DNA of 64,000 bases from an uncultured virus (IMG/VR IMGVR_UViG_3300025894_001089) (IMGVR_UViG_3300025894_001089); one strand, 5' to 3'; counted from the stretch's first letter, positions 9,477 to 17,873 are shown. Notes: generated from the sequence alone by a model not told the origin. Translations and numbers: made by a program.

Positions 9477-9480
9477 ACGC

Positions 9481-10662
9481 ATGTTCACATCTCTTCAGCA
9501 CCCTGACCGATATGGTTATTATCAAATTGGTAATCGACGTACTTACAGTAAACTAGAGTTCGTTGATTATCTTAATCAATATCCTGCAGACTGGCATTGG
9601 GATTACAACGATGCATTCTTTAGCAGTTTTGATTGGGCAACAGAACCCGCAGAAGATATCAACACACTATATCGTAAGCGAGCAGAAGCACTACGAGAAC
9701 AATACGATTACGTTGTTCTCTTCTATTCGGGTGGATACGACAGTTCGAATATGCTATATGCATTTTTGGATAACGGAATTCCTATAGATGAAATCTGTAC
9801 GTACTATGCAAGTCAGGATACATTCACAGGACAAAAAATAGAACTTGATAATTTTACCTGGCAGAAACTAGATGCCATTGAAAAGAAATATCCCAATATA
9901 AAGATCACACGTTGGGATTACGGAGATGAATTTTTTAATTGGTCTGACAAAATTAAACAAGCAGGCGCCGGCGCTAACATGGTAGAAATGATAGCAGGAG
10001 GACTGATTTCTATTAACCGTATTGTATTAGATTTTGGTCATGAATATGTTCCACACTGGAAGAAGTTGCTCATGCAAGGCAAAAAGGTTGCATGGGTACA
10101 CGGTGCAGATAAACCTATGTTGCGATATCACAACGATACGTGGAAATTTAACTTTCATGATGGAATAATCAATGGTCGATTAACTCCAGTACGGCAAATA
10201 CTTGATCAAGGTGATATTGGAAATATTGAATTATTCTATTGGGCTCCCGATGCGACTTGTGCAAATATTATTATCAAACAATGTCATTTACTTAAAAATT
10301 ATTACACCCCACAAGCAAAGATAGACTTTTCTAAAATACCAGGTGTTAAAAAGCATAATATTGAATATGGTTGGGAAATAGATAATATCTCACTTGACTT
10401 TGTTAAACAACTATATCCAAGACTATTCTCTGGTAACTTGATTTTACCAAATGAAAATTGGTCAACGATTAAAAGTGCCCGCAGTATGTTTGGCAACAGA
10501 GATCATTGGTTCACACAATTAAACCATCATGCAGTAGATGAGTTTCATCGAATGTGGAAAGGAGCAAATAGCTCAATACATTCTCATTGGCATGATTGGT
10601 TCCACAACGGCACTATCGAAAGCGGTATTCGTAGTTGCATTACACAAGATTATATTATATGA
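9481..10662 (+). CDS. Adenine nucleotide alpha-hydrolase (PP-loop) superfamily protein
   Basis: VVLFYSGGYDSSNML PP-loop motif; HGADKP. Confidence 0.7.
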   Translation: MFTSLQHPDRYGYYQIGNRRTYSKLEFVDYLNQYPADWHWDYNDAFFSSFDWATEPAEDINTLYRKRAEALREQYDYVVLFYSGGYDSSNMLYAFLDNGIPIDEICTYYASQDTFTGQKIELDNFTWQKLDAIEKKYPNIKITRWDYGDEFFNWSDKIKQAGAGANMVEMIAGGLISINRIVLDFGHEYVPHWKKLLMQGKKVAWVHGADKPMLRYHNDTWKFNFHDGIINGRLTPVRQILDQGDIGNIELFYWAPDATCANIIIKQCHLLKNYYTPQAKIDFSKIPGVKKHNIEYGWEIDNISLDFVKQLYPRLFSGNLILPNENWSTIKSARSMFGNRDHWFTQLNHHAVDEFHRMWKGANSSIHSHWHDWFHNGTIESGIRSCITQDYII

Positions 10663-11927
10663 TTGAAGTTGTAATTGCATTAGCGGCCGGAATATGTGCA
10701 GGTGTGTTTGCTGGGTTAATACCCGGTGTTCCAATTATGATGGGCTTTATGCTTTTCTTGCCAATGGTCAGTGCTGATGCATTTTGTTTAAGTTTGTATG
10801 GAGTGGTAATGACTCTTGGTACACAGTTCTTTGGTAGCCAAGCAGTATTGTATTATCGTATTCCTGGGGAAACCAGCAGTTTCCCCACATTAATTGAAAG
10901 CAAAAACTTTACAACACCTGAACAACTACGTCATACTATACAAGTGACAACCTGGGGCAGTCTTGTTGCAACTATAATTGCATTGTTGCTATTATCGTTG
11001 GCTCTTACAAGTGGTGCATTAGATTGGGTCAAGCTCAGCATTGAATTTAGAGGTCTTGTGTTTGCATTGCTTATTGGTATGTGTATATTTGGTAATGGTC
11101 ATGCATTGGCAAATATTGTTATTCTTGGTCTAGCAAGTTTCTTTGCATTCTACGAAGACATTGCTCCGCTAACAGGATTTATGCCTACCTACTACTTTAG
11201 CAGTATGTTGTCTCTTATTATTATCTTCGCAATGCAGTTGGTATGGAATAGTTCTGACAGGTTTAAAACATACTCAGTTGGAACACATTCAACGTTTAAA
11301 CTACGCGAGTGGTTGCCTTTTTATGCAAAATATGGATCTCTTGGAACCGTGTTTGGACTGGTACCACAACTAGGTGCTACCTTTAGCAGTTATCTTACTT
11401 ACTCGTGGTTAAAGAAGAATAATGCCAGTCCGACACACAGAGTTGCCGGAGCAGAAACAGCGAATAACGGAGCAATAGTATTTCAATGGTTTCCGTTGTT
11501 TTTGTTTGGTATTCCAATTACAGGCAGTGAGATAATGCTAGTATCTCATTTTAATCAATTAGGACTTGATTTTAGTTTTCTTAAAGACTGGACTCAAGTT
11601 GCATGGCTTGCAGGATTGATCGCACTAGCAGGATTAATCTACACTAGAATTTGCTTAACGACGAATCAATTACTTTATAAAGTGGTTGGAAGAGCATTGA
11701 GCTCACGTTACCTCACAATCGCTATTGCGTTTGGAAGCATGTACTTATTTTATTGGGTTGGTAATTACACTGCTAAGTTTATGTTAATCCATTTAATGAT
11801 TTTCATTCCGGTCAGTTGGATAGTAGCTAAATTAAAAGTAAACCTATTAGCAGTTACTATTGGAATGATATTGATGAGTGAGATACTTCTTACTTTTTAT
11901 CAACTGTTACAAATTCACATTCTATAA
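10659..11927 (+). CDS. Tripartite tricarboxylate transporter TctA-like permease, divergent
   Basis: AGLIPG, YRIPGETSSFPT and VAGAETANNGA match TctA motifs; polytopic. Confidence 0.8.
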   Translation: MIEVVIALAAGICAGVFAGLIPGVPIMMGFMLFLPMVSADAFCLSLYGVVMTLGTQFFGSQAVLYYRIPGETSSFPTLIESKNFTTPEQLRHTIQVTTWGSLVATIIALLLLSLALTSGALDWVKLSIEFRGLVFALLIGMCIFGNGHALANIVILGLASFFAFYEDIAPLTGFMPTYYFSSMLSLIIIFAMQLVWNSSDRFKTYSVGTHSTFKLREWLPFYAKYGSLGTVFGLVPQLGATFSSYLTYSWLKKNNASPTHRVAGAETANNGAIVFQWFPLFLFGIPITGSEIMLVSHFNQLGLDFSFLKDWTQVAWLAGLIALAGLIYTRICLTTNQLLYKVVGRALSSRYLTIAIAFGSMYLFYWVGNYTAKFMLIHLMIFIPVSWIVAKLKVNLLAVTIGMILMSEILLTFYQLLQIHIL

Positions 11928-11938
11928 GGAGAATTAAA

Positions 11939-12769
11939 GTGAAAAAATTACTAATTGCCGCAACGATGTTGTGTTTGCCGTTTACAGCAAATGCCGCAGA
12001 TATTATTCCTACTGCAAACCTCAAAGGTCCACAAGGAAAAATAGTACAGAATATTATTGCTAATTCTGTAACAACAAAGTTTGTAGCAAAGCAAACAGGT
12101 GGATGTGGAGAAGCCGTAGCAACATTTGAATCTGCTACAGGTCCTGTTGCTATTATATGGAGTAACTCCATGTACAGGAATAGCAAGAAGGCAAACCAAA
12201 ATTGTATTATCAAACACGATGAAGCCAGATCTGTTATGCAGGCTCGTGTACCATACGACATTTGTGTTACAAAAGGAGTCAACCTAGTTAAAGGCACTGA
12301 CATGGCTTTTGGCAATAACAAGTTTAATCCACAAATTGACCAACTTGAAGATCTTAACACAAACGGATTGGGTATTGAGTTTAGAACTGTTACATATAGA
12401 GGCAGTGGCCCAGTAGCCGCCGCAGTTGGCAATGGAGATGTTAATATTGGAATTATTGCAACTCCAAGTGCAAAGAAAGCAATTGAAGCAGGAAGTATTC
12501 AATGCTTGTATTCAACAGGATCAGACCGTTACGGTCAACTGCCAATGTCAGAGTTTGTTCCTGGTACAAAACTTGCTAACTACAATCTTGGTATGATGGT
12601 GTTTACTCGTAACATGAGCAAAGCAGATCACGCCGCATTGGTTTCAGAACTTGAGCCACTTGAAGAAGCTCTAGTAATGCAAGACATGTTTGATGTCAAA
12701 GTTGATCTCGAAGATGCAGATACTAAAGCATTTATTGAAGAAGCAAAGAGCTTAGAAAACACTAACTAA
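11939..12769 (+). CDS. TctC/Bug-like periplasmic binding protein, divergent
   Basis: Signal peptide; VTYRGSGPVAAAVGNGDVNIG resembles TctC VPYKGGGPA...GGxVD; adjacent to tctA-like gene. Confidence 0.7.
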   Translation: MKKLLIAATMLCLPFTANAADIIPTANLKGPQGKIVQNIIANSVTTKFVAKQTGGCGEAVATFESATGPVAIIWSNSMYRNSKKANQNCIIKHDEARSVMQARVPYDICVTKGVNLVKGTDMAFGNNKFNPQIDQLEDLNTNGLGIEFRTVTYRGSGPVAAAVGNGDVNIGIIATPSAKKAIEAGSIQCLYSTGSDRYGQLPMSEFVPGTKLANYNLGMMVFTRNMSKADHAALVSELEPLEEALVMQDMFDVKVDLEDADTKAFIEEAKSLENTN

Positions 12770-12796
12770 GTCTCTTTTGGTAAGATTAATAGTAGA

Positions 12797-12851
12797 CCTT
12801 CTGTGGTTATAATGCTATACTAGTATAGTAATAACATATAATCACAGAAGG
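12797..12851. repeat. Long inverted repeat with a central palindrome over a promoter
   Basis: CCTTCTGTGGTTATA ... TATAATCACAGAAGG (1 mismatch); inner perfect palindrome CTATACTAGTATAG 12815-12828. Confidence 0.8.
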
Positions 12852-12859
12852 ATTCTATT

Positions 12860-13042
12860 ATGACTACTATGACTACTGAACCTATGCCATTTGATTCGCT
12901 TGAAGTCCGTAAGGCTACAAACGGATTTATTTTAATTGTAAATGATATTGAAGGCGATGCACACGAATACGTGTATGACACTTCGCGTAAACTAATGAAA
13001 GTGTTAAAGGCTACACTCGAGCCAAAAAAACCAGGAGTTTAA
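12860..13042 (+). CDS. Hypothetical phage protein
   Basis: 60-aa ORF with AGAAGGA RBS. Confidence 0.65.
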   Translation: MTTMTTEPMPFDSLEVRKATNGFILIVNDIEGDAHEYVYDTSRKLMKVLKATLEPKKPGV

Positions 13043-13047
13043 CTCCA

Positions 13048-13782
13048 ATGGCAACTCTCGAAGAACAACAAAAAACCGTTGACACGATCAAACACGGATT
13101 ACGTACTTACAACATATATGTTTCTGGGTATGGTGGTGAAATGGTACTTAGCAAATGCACCAAAGAACAGTACGAATTTTGGAGCGAGTATGAAGATGAT
13201 CACGAACGTGAATTTTTAGATTATATGCTTGAAGAATGCCGACACGACGACGATCTTGAAGAAGATAATATTGAAGGGCAACCATGGGAACATGTTCCTG
13301 AATCAGCTCGATTCGAAAACGGTATGTCATGGTATGACTTTGACGATGTTGAGCATACCAATGGTGCTACCTATAGTGGCGCATATATAACTGTTGAGTC
13401 AACAGACAGTGCTGGGAATATCGAAGAGGTATTTGACGGTTCAGTTGAAGACTTTGAAAGCAAGTTTAAAATTCAAAAATCTGAATTTGATTACGATAAA
13501 CAAATGAATGAACTTGTTGACAAAGACGGACACAACTATATCTTCTTTGGCATGAGTGTTGAAAAAGGTCAATTCAGTAATTTTGAATTTGAATCAATGA
13601 CGCCACCGGAATGGGATCGCTTAAAATTTGATGTTATAGAATATCCAAACGGGGATAATATAATTGAAAACTTCAGGTTTGTTGATGCAAAAGGTGAAGA
13701 TTCCACTGACATAGATGTATGGGATCAAGGTGGCGATGGCACAACAGGCAAAGGATTCTATGCTGAGGTATGGGATTATTAA
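13048..13782 (+). CDS. Hypothetical acidic phage protein
   Basis: 244-aa D/E-rich ORF, AGGAG RBS. Confidence 0.7.
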   Translation: MATLEEQQKTVDTIKHGLRTYNIYVSGYGGEMVLSKCTKEQYEFWSEYEDDHEREFLDYMLEECRHDDDLEEDNIEGQPWEHVPESARFENGMSWYDFDDVEHTNGATYSGAYITVESTDSAGNIEEVFDGSVEDFESKFKIQKSEFDYDKQMNELVDKDGHNYIFFGMSVEKGQFSNFEFESMTPPEWDRLKFDVIEYPNGDNIIENFRFVDAKGEDSTDIDVWDQGGDGTTGKGFYAEVWDY

Positions 13783-13871
13783 TGGATCCAGACGATTTTC
13801 CTTTGATATTAGCAATGGTTGTTTCGTTAGGATTTGCAATAGCCGTGCTGGCAGGCATATTTTTAGGTTGA
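13782..13871 (+). CDS. Small single-TM peptide (29 aa)
   Basis: TAATG coupling; MDPDDFPLILAMVVSLGFAIAVLAGIFLG. Confidence 0.4.
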   Translation: MDPDDFPLILAMVVSLGFAIAVLAGIFLG

Positions 13872-13896
13872 CAGCATAAGTCAGACGTGTTAGTAT
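13868..13896 (+). promoter_or_regulatory. Sigma70-type early promoter
   Basis: TTGACA-N17-TAGTAT. Confidence 0.6.
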
Positions 13897-13929
13897 ACGT
13901 ATACTAAAACAACTAGACAGGTTATCTAG

Positions 13930-14250
13930 ATGGCTTATGCAGTTACACATTCTAAAGTACGTAACGCCTTTAATACACTGAACAAGCAAGTGTTTAGTAA
14001 CCAGCTAGATTTTGAATCAGTTGAGCTGGACATAGATTTCCTGGATACAGAATGGGGATTTTGTATTCCAGAAGACGGTGAAATTATACTGGGTTTAACA
14101 GATGAATTTCCAAACCGTAAAAGTTTCGTAGACGTGCTATGTCACGAAATGATCCACCTATATCAGATAGTAAACAACCTCAACGTTGATCATAAATCTA
14201 CTTTTAAAAAGTGGGCCAAGTCAGCAGAAAAACTTGGACATCATGTATGA
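13930..14250 (+). CDS. SprT-like zinc metalloprotease domain protein
   Basis: FNTLNKQVF...VLCHEMIHLYQ...DHKSTFKKWA (HExxH plus downstream H). Confidence 0.75.
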   Translation: MAYAVTHSKVRNAFNTLNKQVFSNQLDFESVELDIDFLDTEWGFCIPEDGEIILGLTDEFPNRKSFVDVLCHEMIHLYQIVNNLNVDHKSTFKKWAKSAEKLGHHV

Positions 14251-14341
14251 GATGCTTTGGGCGATACTAGTACTAGCTATAATATTCATGTTTCCGATAC
14301 TACTTCTAGTGATGTGGAATAACGAAAATCCCCAAAAATAA
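14243..14341 (+). CDS. Small single-TM peptide (32 aa)
   Basis: MYEMLWAILVLAIIFMFPILLLVMWNNENPQK; overlaps the upstream stop. Confidence 0.4.
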   Translation: MYEMLWAILVLAIIFMFPILLLVMWNNENPQK

Positions 14342-14352
14342 ACGTAAAAAAT

Positions 14353-14408
14353 GGTTGACCTTTTGGGGAATCCGTTGTATACTGTGTATATAATAAGGAA
14401 TAGAGGAA
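14353..14408 (+). promoter_or_regulatory. Early promoter/RBS cassette, copy 1
   Basis: GGTTGACC-N17-TATACT then GTGTATATAATAAGGAATAGAGGA. Confidence 0.85.
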
Positions 14409-14414
14409 CACACA

Positions 14415-14957
14415 ATGAACGCATTAGTTAAACATATTGAAGCAAAAAATGCAAAAACTCAGGAATGGGTAGATGCTGGTCCAGATCGTTGGGCAGGTAT
14501 GTTGTCAACTGATGTTGAGCATTGGGCAGACTATAATGTTACTACTCCAGCCCAGCTGGATAGGTACTTAGATACACAGAGCTTGTATGAGGTGATTTCC
14601 GATTGTACCTCCAAGTCGTATGCTAGGTCTGAAATAGCCAGGCTTGACACTGTCTCTGAGGAGGATTTCAAGAAGGAGCAGGACTATTGGTTCGCTCAAA
14701 GCGAAATTGCATTCAATGAGGAGGTTGCCGCTAAAGCAAAAGCATTGGCTGACTTTGAAGCTGAGGTTAACGTATGCCTTGAAGCTGGCGCCATTGATAG
14801 AGCAACGGCTCTACGTTGGATGACTGAAGATGAGAGGTTCTATCATTTACAAGATGTAGAACATTGGGTTTGGGATAAAGGTATCCTATTTACAGACGAA
14901 GGCAAGGCTGTCTGTAAGGAATTAGAAGTTCTTATAGAACATGAGGAGGTAGCATAA
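14415..14957 (+). CDS. Hypothetical early phage protein
   Basis: 180-aa ORF directly behind a promoter and RBS. Confidence 0.75.
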   Translation: MNALVKHIEAKNAKTQEWVDAGPDRWAGMLSTDVEHWADYNVTTPAQLDRYLDTQSLYEVISDCTSKSYARSEIARLDTVSEEDFKKEQDYWFAQSEIAFNEEVAAKAKALADFEAEVNVCLEAGAIDRATALRWMTEDERFYHLQDVEHWVWDKGILFTDEGKAVCKELEVLIEHEEVA

Positions 14958-14977
14958 TCTGTGATTCCAAAATAAAT

Positions 14978-15031
14978 GGTTGACATTTTGGTTAGATGTG
15001 TTATACTGTATACACAATAAGAAATTAGGAG
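14978..15031 (+). promoter_or_regulatory. Early promoter/RBS cassette, copy 2
   Basis: GGTTGACA-N16-TATACT then GTATACACAATAAGAAATTAGGAG. Confidence 0.85.
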
Positions 15032-15037
15032 CAAGAA

Positions 15038-15367
15038 ATGAGCAAAGAGGTAAACGTAGCAGATATCCTGGACCAGGATGATATGGTTGTAAGCACCAAG
15101 GGTTTTACCCGCGGCCAACTTAAAACTGCTTTTGACAAGTTGACTGAAAAATTGGACGACTGGAAAATGCCTATTAATACTGTTATCCATATTAAGGATT
15201 GGTATTTGATGATTGAGGCATGTTCTTTTTTCACTGGTAGCCAGCTCTGGCAAGTTAAGGATTTGGGTCTTGGCCTAATGCACGTTAAAGCAGACGGGTA
15301 CTACAACACTGAAGCGAAATTGTTAGCATTCCAGGTAATTCAACTTCCTGACGCAACAGGTGCATAA
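15038..15367 (+). CDS. Hypothetical early phage protein
   Basis: 109-aa ORF, AGGAG RBS. Confidence 0.7.
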   Translation: MSKEVNVADILDQDDMVVSTKGFTRGQLKTAFDKLTEKLDDWKMPINTVIHIKDWYLMIEACSFFTGSQLWQVKDLGLGLMHVKADGYYNTEAKLLAFQVIQLPDATGA

Positions 15368-15378
15368 GGAGATAAGAT

Positions 15379-15723
15379 ATGGAATACCCCTTAGAAATTG
15401 TTGACACTGGTGATAGTGTCCAGTCCTCTGGTACAAGCCTAATAGGTTATGTAAATGCAACCATCACCGAGATTGAAATTCTCTTTGGTGAGAATCTCGG
15501 CCCAAGTGGTGATGACAAAGTGTTCAATGAATTCCGTGGTGAAGTCCAAAGTAGCGATGGAGACGTTGAAACTGTTACAGTTTATGATTGGAAAGAAAAA
15601 AGTCCATTTACTGCTCAATCAGGAGAGTACCGTTGGCATGTTGGTGGCTTCAATCACGAAGCGGTCTATTTAGTAAATGACCTGCTTGAAGAACTGAGAG
15701 TCAAGCATGAAAAACTCAGTTGA
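15379..15723 (+). CDS. Hypothetical early phage protein
   Basis: 114-aa ORF, AAGGAG RBS; TVYDWK...WHVGG. Confidence 0.7.
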   Translation: MEYPLEIVDTGDSVQSSGTSLIGYVNATITEIEILFGENLGPSGDDKVFNEFRGEVQSSDGDVETVTVYDWKEKSPFTAQSGEYRWHVGGFNHEAVYLVNDLLEELRVKHEKLS

Positions 15724-15880
15724 ATTTAACAAAGTCTGGATAAGAGAAAACTTTGAACTTTTTTCGCGGAGGTTGTTTGACTTCCACAGTGAATACAGTG
15801 AATCACATGATATCACTGTTGACGAGAGCCGCAACGGCTTTATTACGTACATTGCCAAACTTGAAAAGGAAACAGTGTAA
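15707..15880 (+). CDS. Hypothetical protein (57 aa), below the ORF-track cutoff
   Basis: MKNSVEFNKVWIRENF...; fills the gap; TAATG coupling to the next ORF. Confidence 0.55.
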   Translation: MKNSVEFNKVWIRENFELFSRRLFDFHSEYSESHDITVDESRNGFITYIAKLEKETV

Positions 15881-16059
15881 TGGAACTAACTGACCAAGAA
15901 GTACTCGATTCAACTCGTGCCTTTTGGGAGGCTAAATGCAACAAACATATTCAGATGTACGAATACGGCAAGTATTCGTTTGAAGAGTTTGTTACCAATA
16001 TGTCCCGCATGGGGTGGGATCCTCAAGTCGTTGAAGAGCTTGTCTTAGAAGACGCATAA
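15880..16059 (+). CDS. Hypothetical protein (59 aa), below the ORF-track cutoff
   Basis: AAGGA RBS; MELTDQEVLDSTRAFWEAKC... Confidence 0.55.
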   Translation: MELTDQEVLDSTRAFWEAKCNKHIQMYEYGKYSFEEFVTNMSRMGWDPQVVEELVLEDA

Positions 16060-16073
16060 CAAAGGAGAATAAA

Positions 16074-16310
16074 ATGGGTATCGCATGTGAATATACGTAT
16101 AAATTTCCGGTTGATGAATGGGACCGTATTGGAGGGTTGTATAGCCTAGCTGATGTTCCTGTTGTAAGTCACAAAGACCTTACTCGTCTTGGGGAGATTG
16201 TTACACGTGATAAAGATCAAGAACTCTACGAAGTGGTAGACGACCAGAAAGGTTGGACGTTGGTAGTGCCATTTTCTGATGTAAAACCACTAGAACCTAT
16301 GCCAGCATAA
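16074..16310 (+). CDS. Hypothetical early phage protein
   Basis: 78-aa ORF, AAGGAG RBS. Confidence 0.7.
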   Translation: MGIACEYTYKFPVDEWDRIGGLYSLADVPVVSHKDLTRLGEIVTRDKDQELYEVVDDQKGWTLVVPFSDVKPLEPMPA

Positions 16311-16325
16311 TAAAAAAATGCTCCT

Positions 16326-16370
16326 AAAAACCCAGCAGATCGCTAAGTTGTTGATCTTGCTGGGTTTTTT
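16326..16370 (+). terminator. Intrinsic terminator
   Basis: AAAAACCCAGCAGATC...GATCTTGCTGGGTTTTTT. Confidence 0.75.
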
Positions 16371-16403
16371 CTTTTAAAAAAATGCACTTTTCTGGCAGAT
16401 TTT

Positions 16404-16458
16404 GGTTGACCATTTGGGAAAGATGTCGTATACTGTATACATAATAAGGAATTAGGAG
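16404..16458 (+). promoter_or_regulatory. Early promoter/RBS cassette, copy 3
   Basis: GGTTGACC-N17-TATACT then GTATACATAATAAGGAATTAGGAG. Confidence 0.85.
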
Positions 16459-16467
16459 TTATACCAA

Positions 16468-16668
16468 ATGAAAAATACAGTTATATATGGTGCCGTTATT
16501 GTAGCAATGTTCGTATCAGTAGGATATGTTGCAAACAATGCTCTAATGATGCCTGATGTGCAGGTTAGCTATTCCACGAAGCATTGTGTGAAAGTGGTTA
16601 ACTATGCAGATACCAACTTCTCATGTGAAAATATGCCCAGCAAATTTAATCATGTTTGGGTCAAATAA
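16468..16668 (+). CDS. Small membrane-anchored protein
   Basis: N-terminal TM; PDVQVSYSTKHCVKV...C. Confidence 0.65.
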   Translation: MKNTVIYGAVIVAMFVSVGYVANNALMMPDVQVSYSTKHCVKVVNYADTNFSCENMPSKFNHVWVK

Positions 16669-16670
16669 GA

Positions 16671-16718
16671 GGTTGACCATTTGTTATTTGTAGTGTATAC
16701 TACAAGTATAATAAGGAA
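16671..16718 (+). promoter_or_regulatory. Early promoter cassette, copy 4
   Basis: GGTTGACC-N17-TATACT then ...TATAATAAGGAA. Confidence 0.85.
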
Positions 16719-16746
16719 ACGACGTTAAGGAATTAAGGAGCCAAAC

Positions 16747-17775
16747 ATGTCAAAGAGTTTTATCAAAATTACAGACGGATCTTATCGTAACACAGACGTT
16801 AGCGGTCAGGTGTTCCGTCTTGCAGATCAATTCAAGAGCACTAACAAAGGTGCCTACGTTACAGTTTACAACGATAACAAGTTTATGGGTATGCCTGAAA
16901 AACTTCGTGTTAAGGTAAACAACATGAAAGATTATGAGTTTGTATCTGAAGACAACTTCAACGAAGTTGTTAATACAAACGAAGAGCCGTTTGATGAAGA
17001 AAAGCGGATGTCGGAAATCCGTGAGCGGTTTGACATTCTAACAGATATGACGACAGCATGTATTGCTGGTGATATCCGTGCAATGATTGTATCGGGACCT
17101 CCAGGTGTTGGTAAGTCTTATGGTGTTGAGAAGGAAGTTGACAAGGCTACATTGTTTGATCAACTTGCTGATCGTCCGTTGAAGGCAGAAGTTGTTAAAG
17201 GTTCAACCAGTGCTATTGGACTGTACACTACACTTTACAAGTACAGTGATGAAAATTGCATGTTGGTTTTTGATGACTGTGACAGTGTACTTGTTGATGA
17301 TGTTTGTTTGAACCTACTTAAAGGTGCATTGGACTCAGGTAAGAAACGTAAAATTAGTTGGTTGGCAGACTCCAACTTGCTACGTAGAGAAGGCGTGCCG
17401 GATTCATTTGAATTCAAAGGTTCAGTGGTTTTCATTACCAACCTTAAGTTTGAGAACGTTCGGTCTCAAAAGATGAGAGATCATCTTGATGCTCTTCAGT
17501 CACGTTGTCATTATCTTGATCTTACTCTTGATACTATGCAAGACAAAATGCTTCGTATCAAACAGATTGCAGGTGATGGTGCCTTGTTTGAAGGTTACAA
17601 CTTCAGCCAAGAGCAACAGGATTCAATCATCAAGTTCATGGAAACTAACAAGAATAAGTTACGTGAGATGAGCCTTCGAATGGCTCTTAAGATTGGTGAT
17701 TTGGTTAAGAGTTTCCCGGATCGTTGGGAAGCGATGGCTTTGGTAACTTGCGCCAAAGGTGCAAGTGCCAAATAA
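16747..17775 (+). CDS. AAA+ ATPase
   Basis: Walker A GPPGVGKS, Walker B LVFDDCD, sensor-1 ITN, Arg finger ALQSR. Confidence 0.88.
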   Translation: MSKSFIKITDGSYRNTDVSGQVFRLADQFKSTNKGAYVTVYNDNKFMGMPEKLRVKVNNMKDYEFVSEDNFNEVVNTNEEPFDEEKRMSEIRERFDILTDMTTACIAGDIRAMIVSGPPGVGKSYGVEKEVDKATLFDQLADRPLKAEVVKGSTSAIGLYTTLYKYSDENCMLVFDDCDSVLVDDVCLNLLKGALDSGKKRKISWLADSNLLRREGVPDSFEFKGSVVFITNLKFENVRSQKMRDHLDALQSRCHYLDLTLDTMQDKMLRIKQIAGDGALFEGYNFSQEQQDSIIKFMETNKNKLREMSLRMALKIGDLVKSFPDRWEAMALVTCAKGASAK

Positions 17776-17826
17776 GGTGGCACCGGCAATTCCTCCTAGC
17801 TCCTAAAGCTGGTGTCATCTACCTTG

Positions 17827-17863
17827 GTGCTCTAGAGTATTTATACTCTAGGGCACTTTTTTT
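17827..17863 (+). terminator. Intrinsic terminator
   Basis: GTGCTCTAGAGTAT..ATACTCTAGGGCAC followed by TTTTTTT. Confidence 0.85.
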
Positions 17864-17873
17864 ACCATACGAT

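Noticed and set aside
1..12769. Left island as bacterial chromosome (prophage boundary or chimera)
   Set aside because: Same strand, similar composition and TAAATA motifs as the phage part, and no integrase/att seen; cannot be fully excluded without reads
14345..16720. Repeated sequence as a CRISPR array or integron attC sites
   Set aside because: The repeats are imperfect promoter/RBS elements separated by whole genes, not palindromic repeats with short spacers
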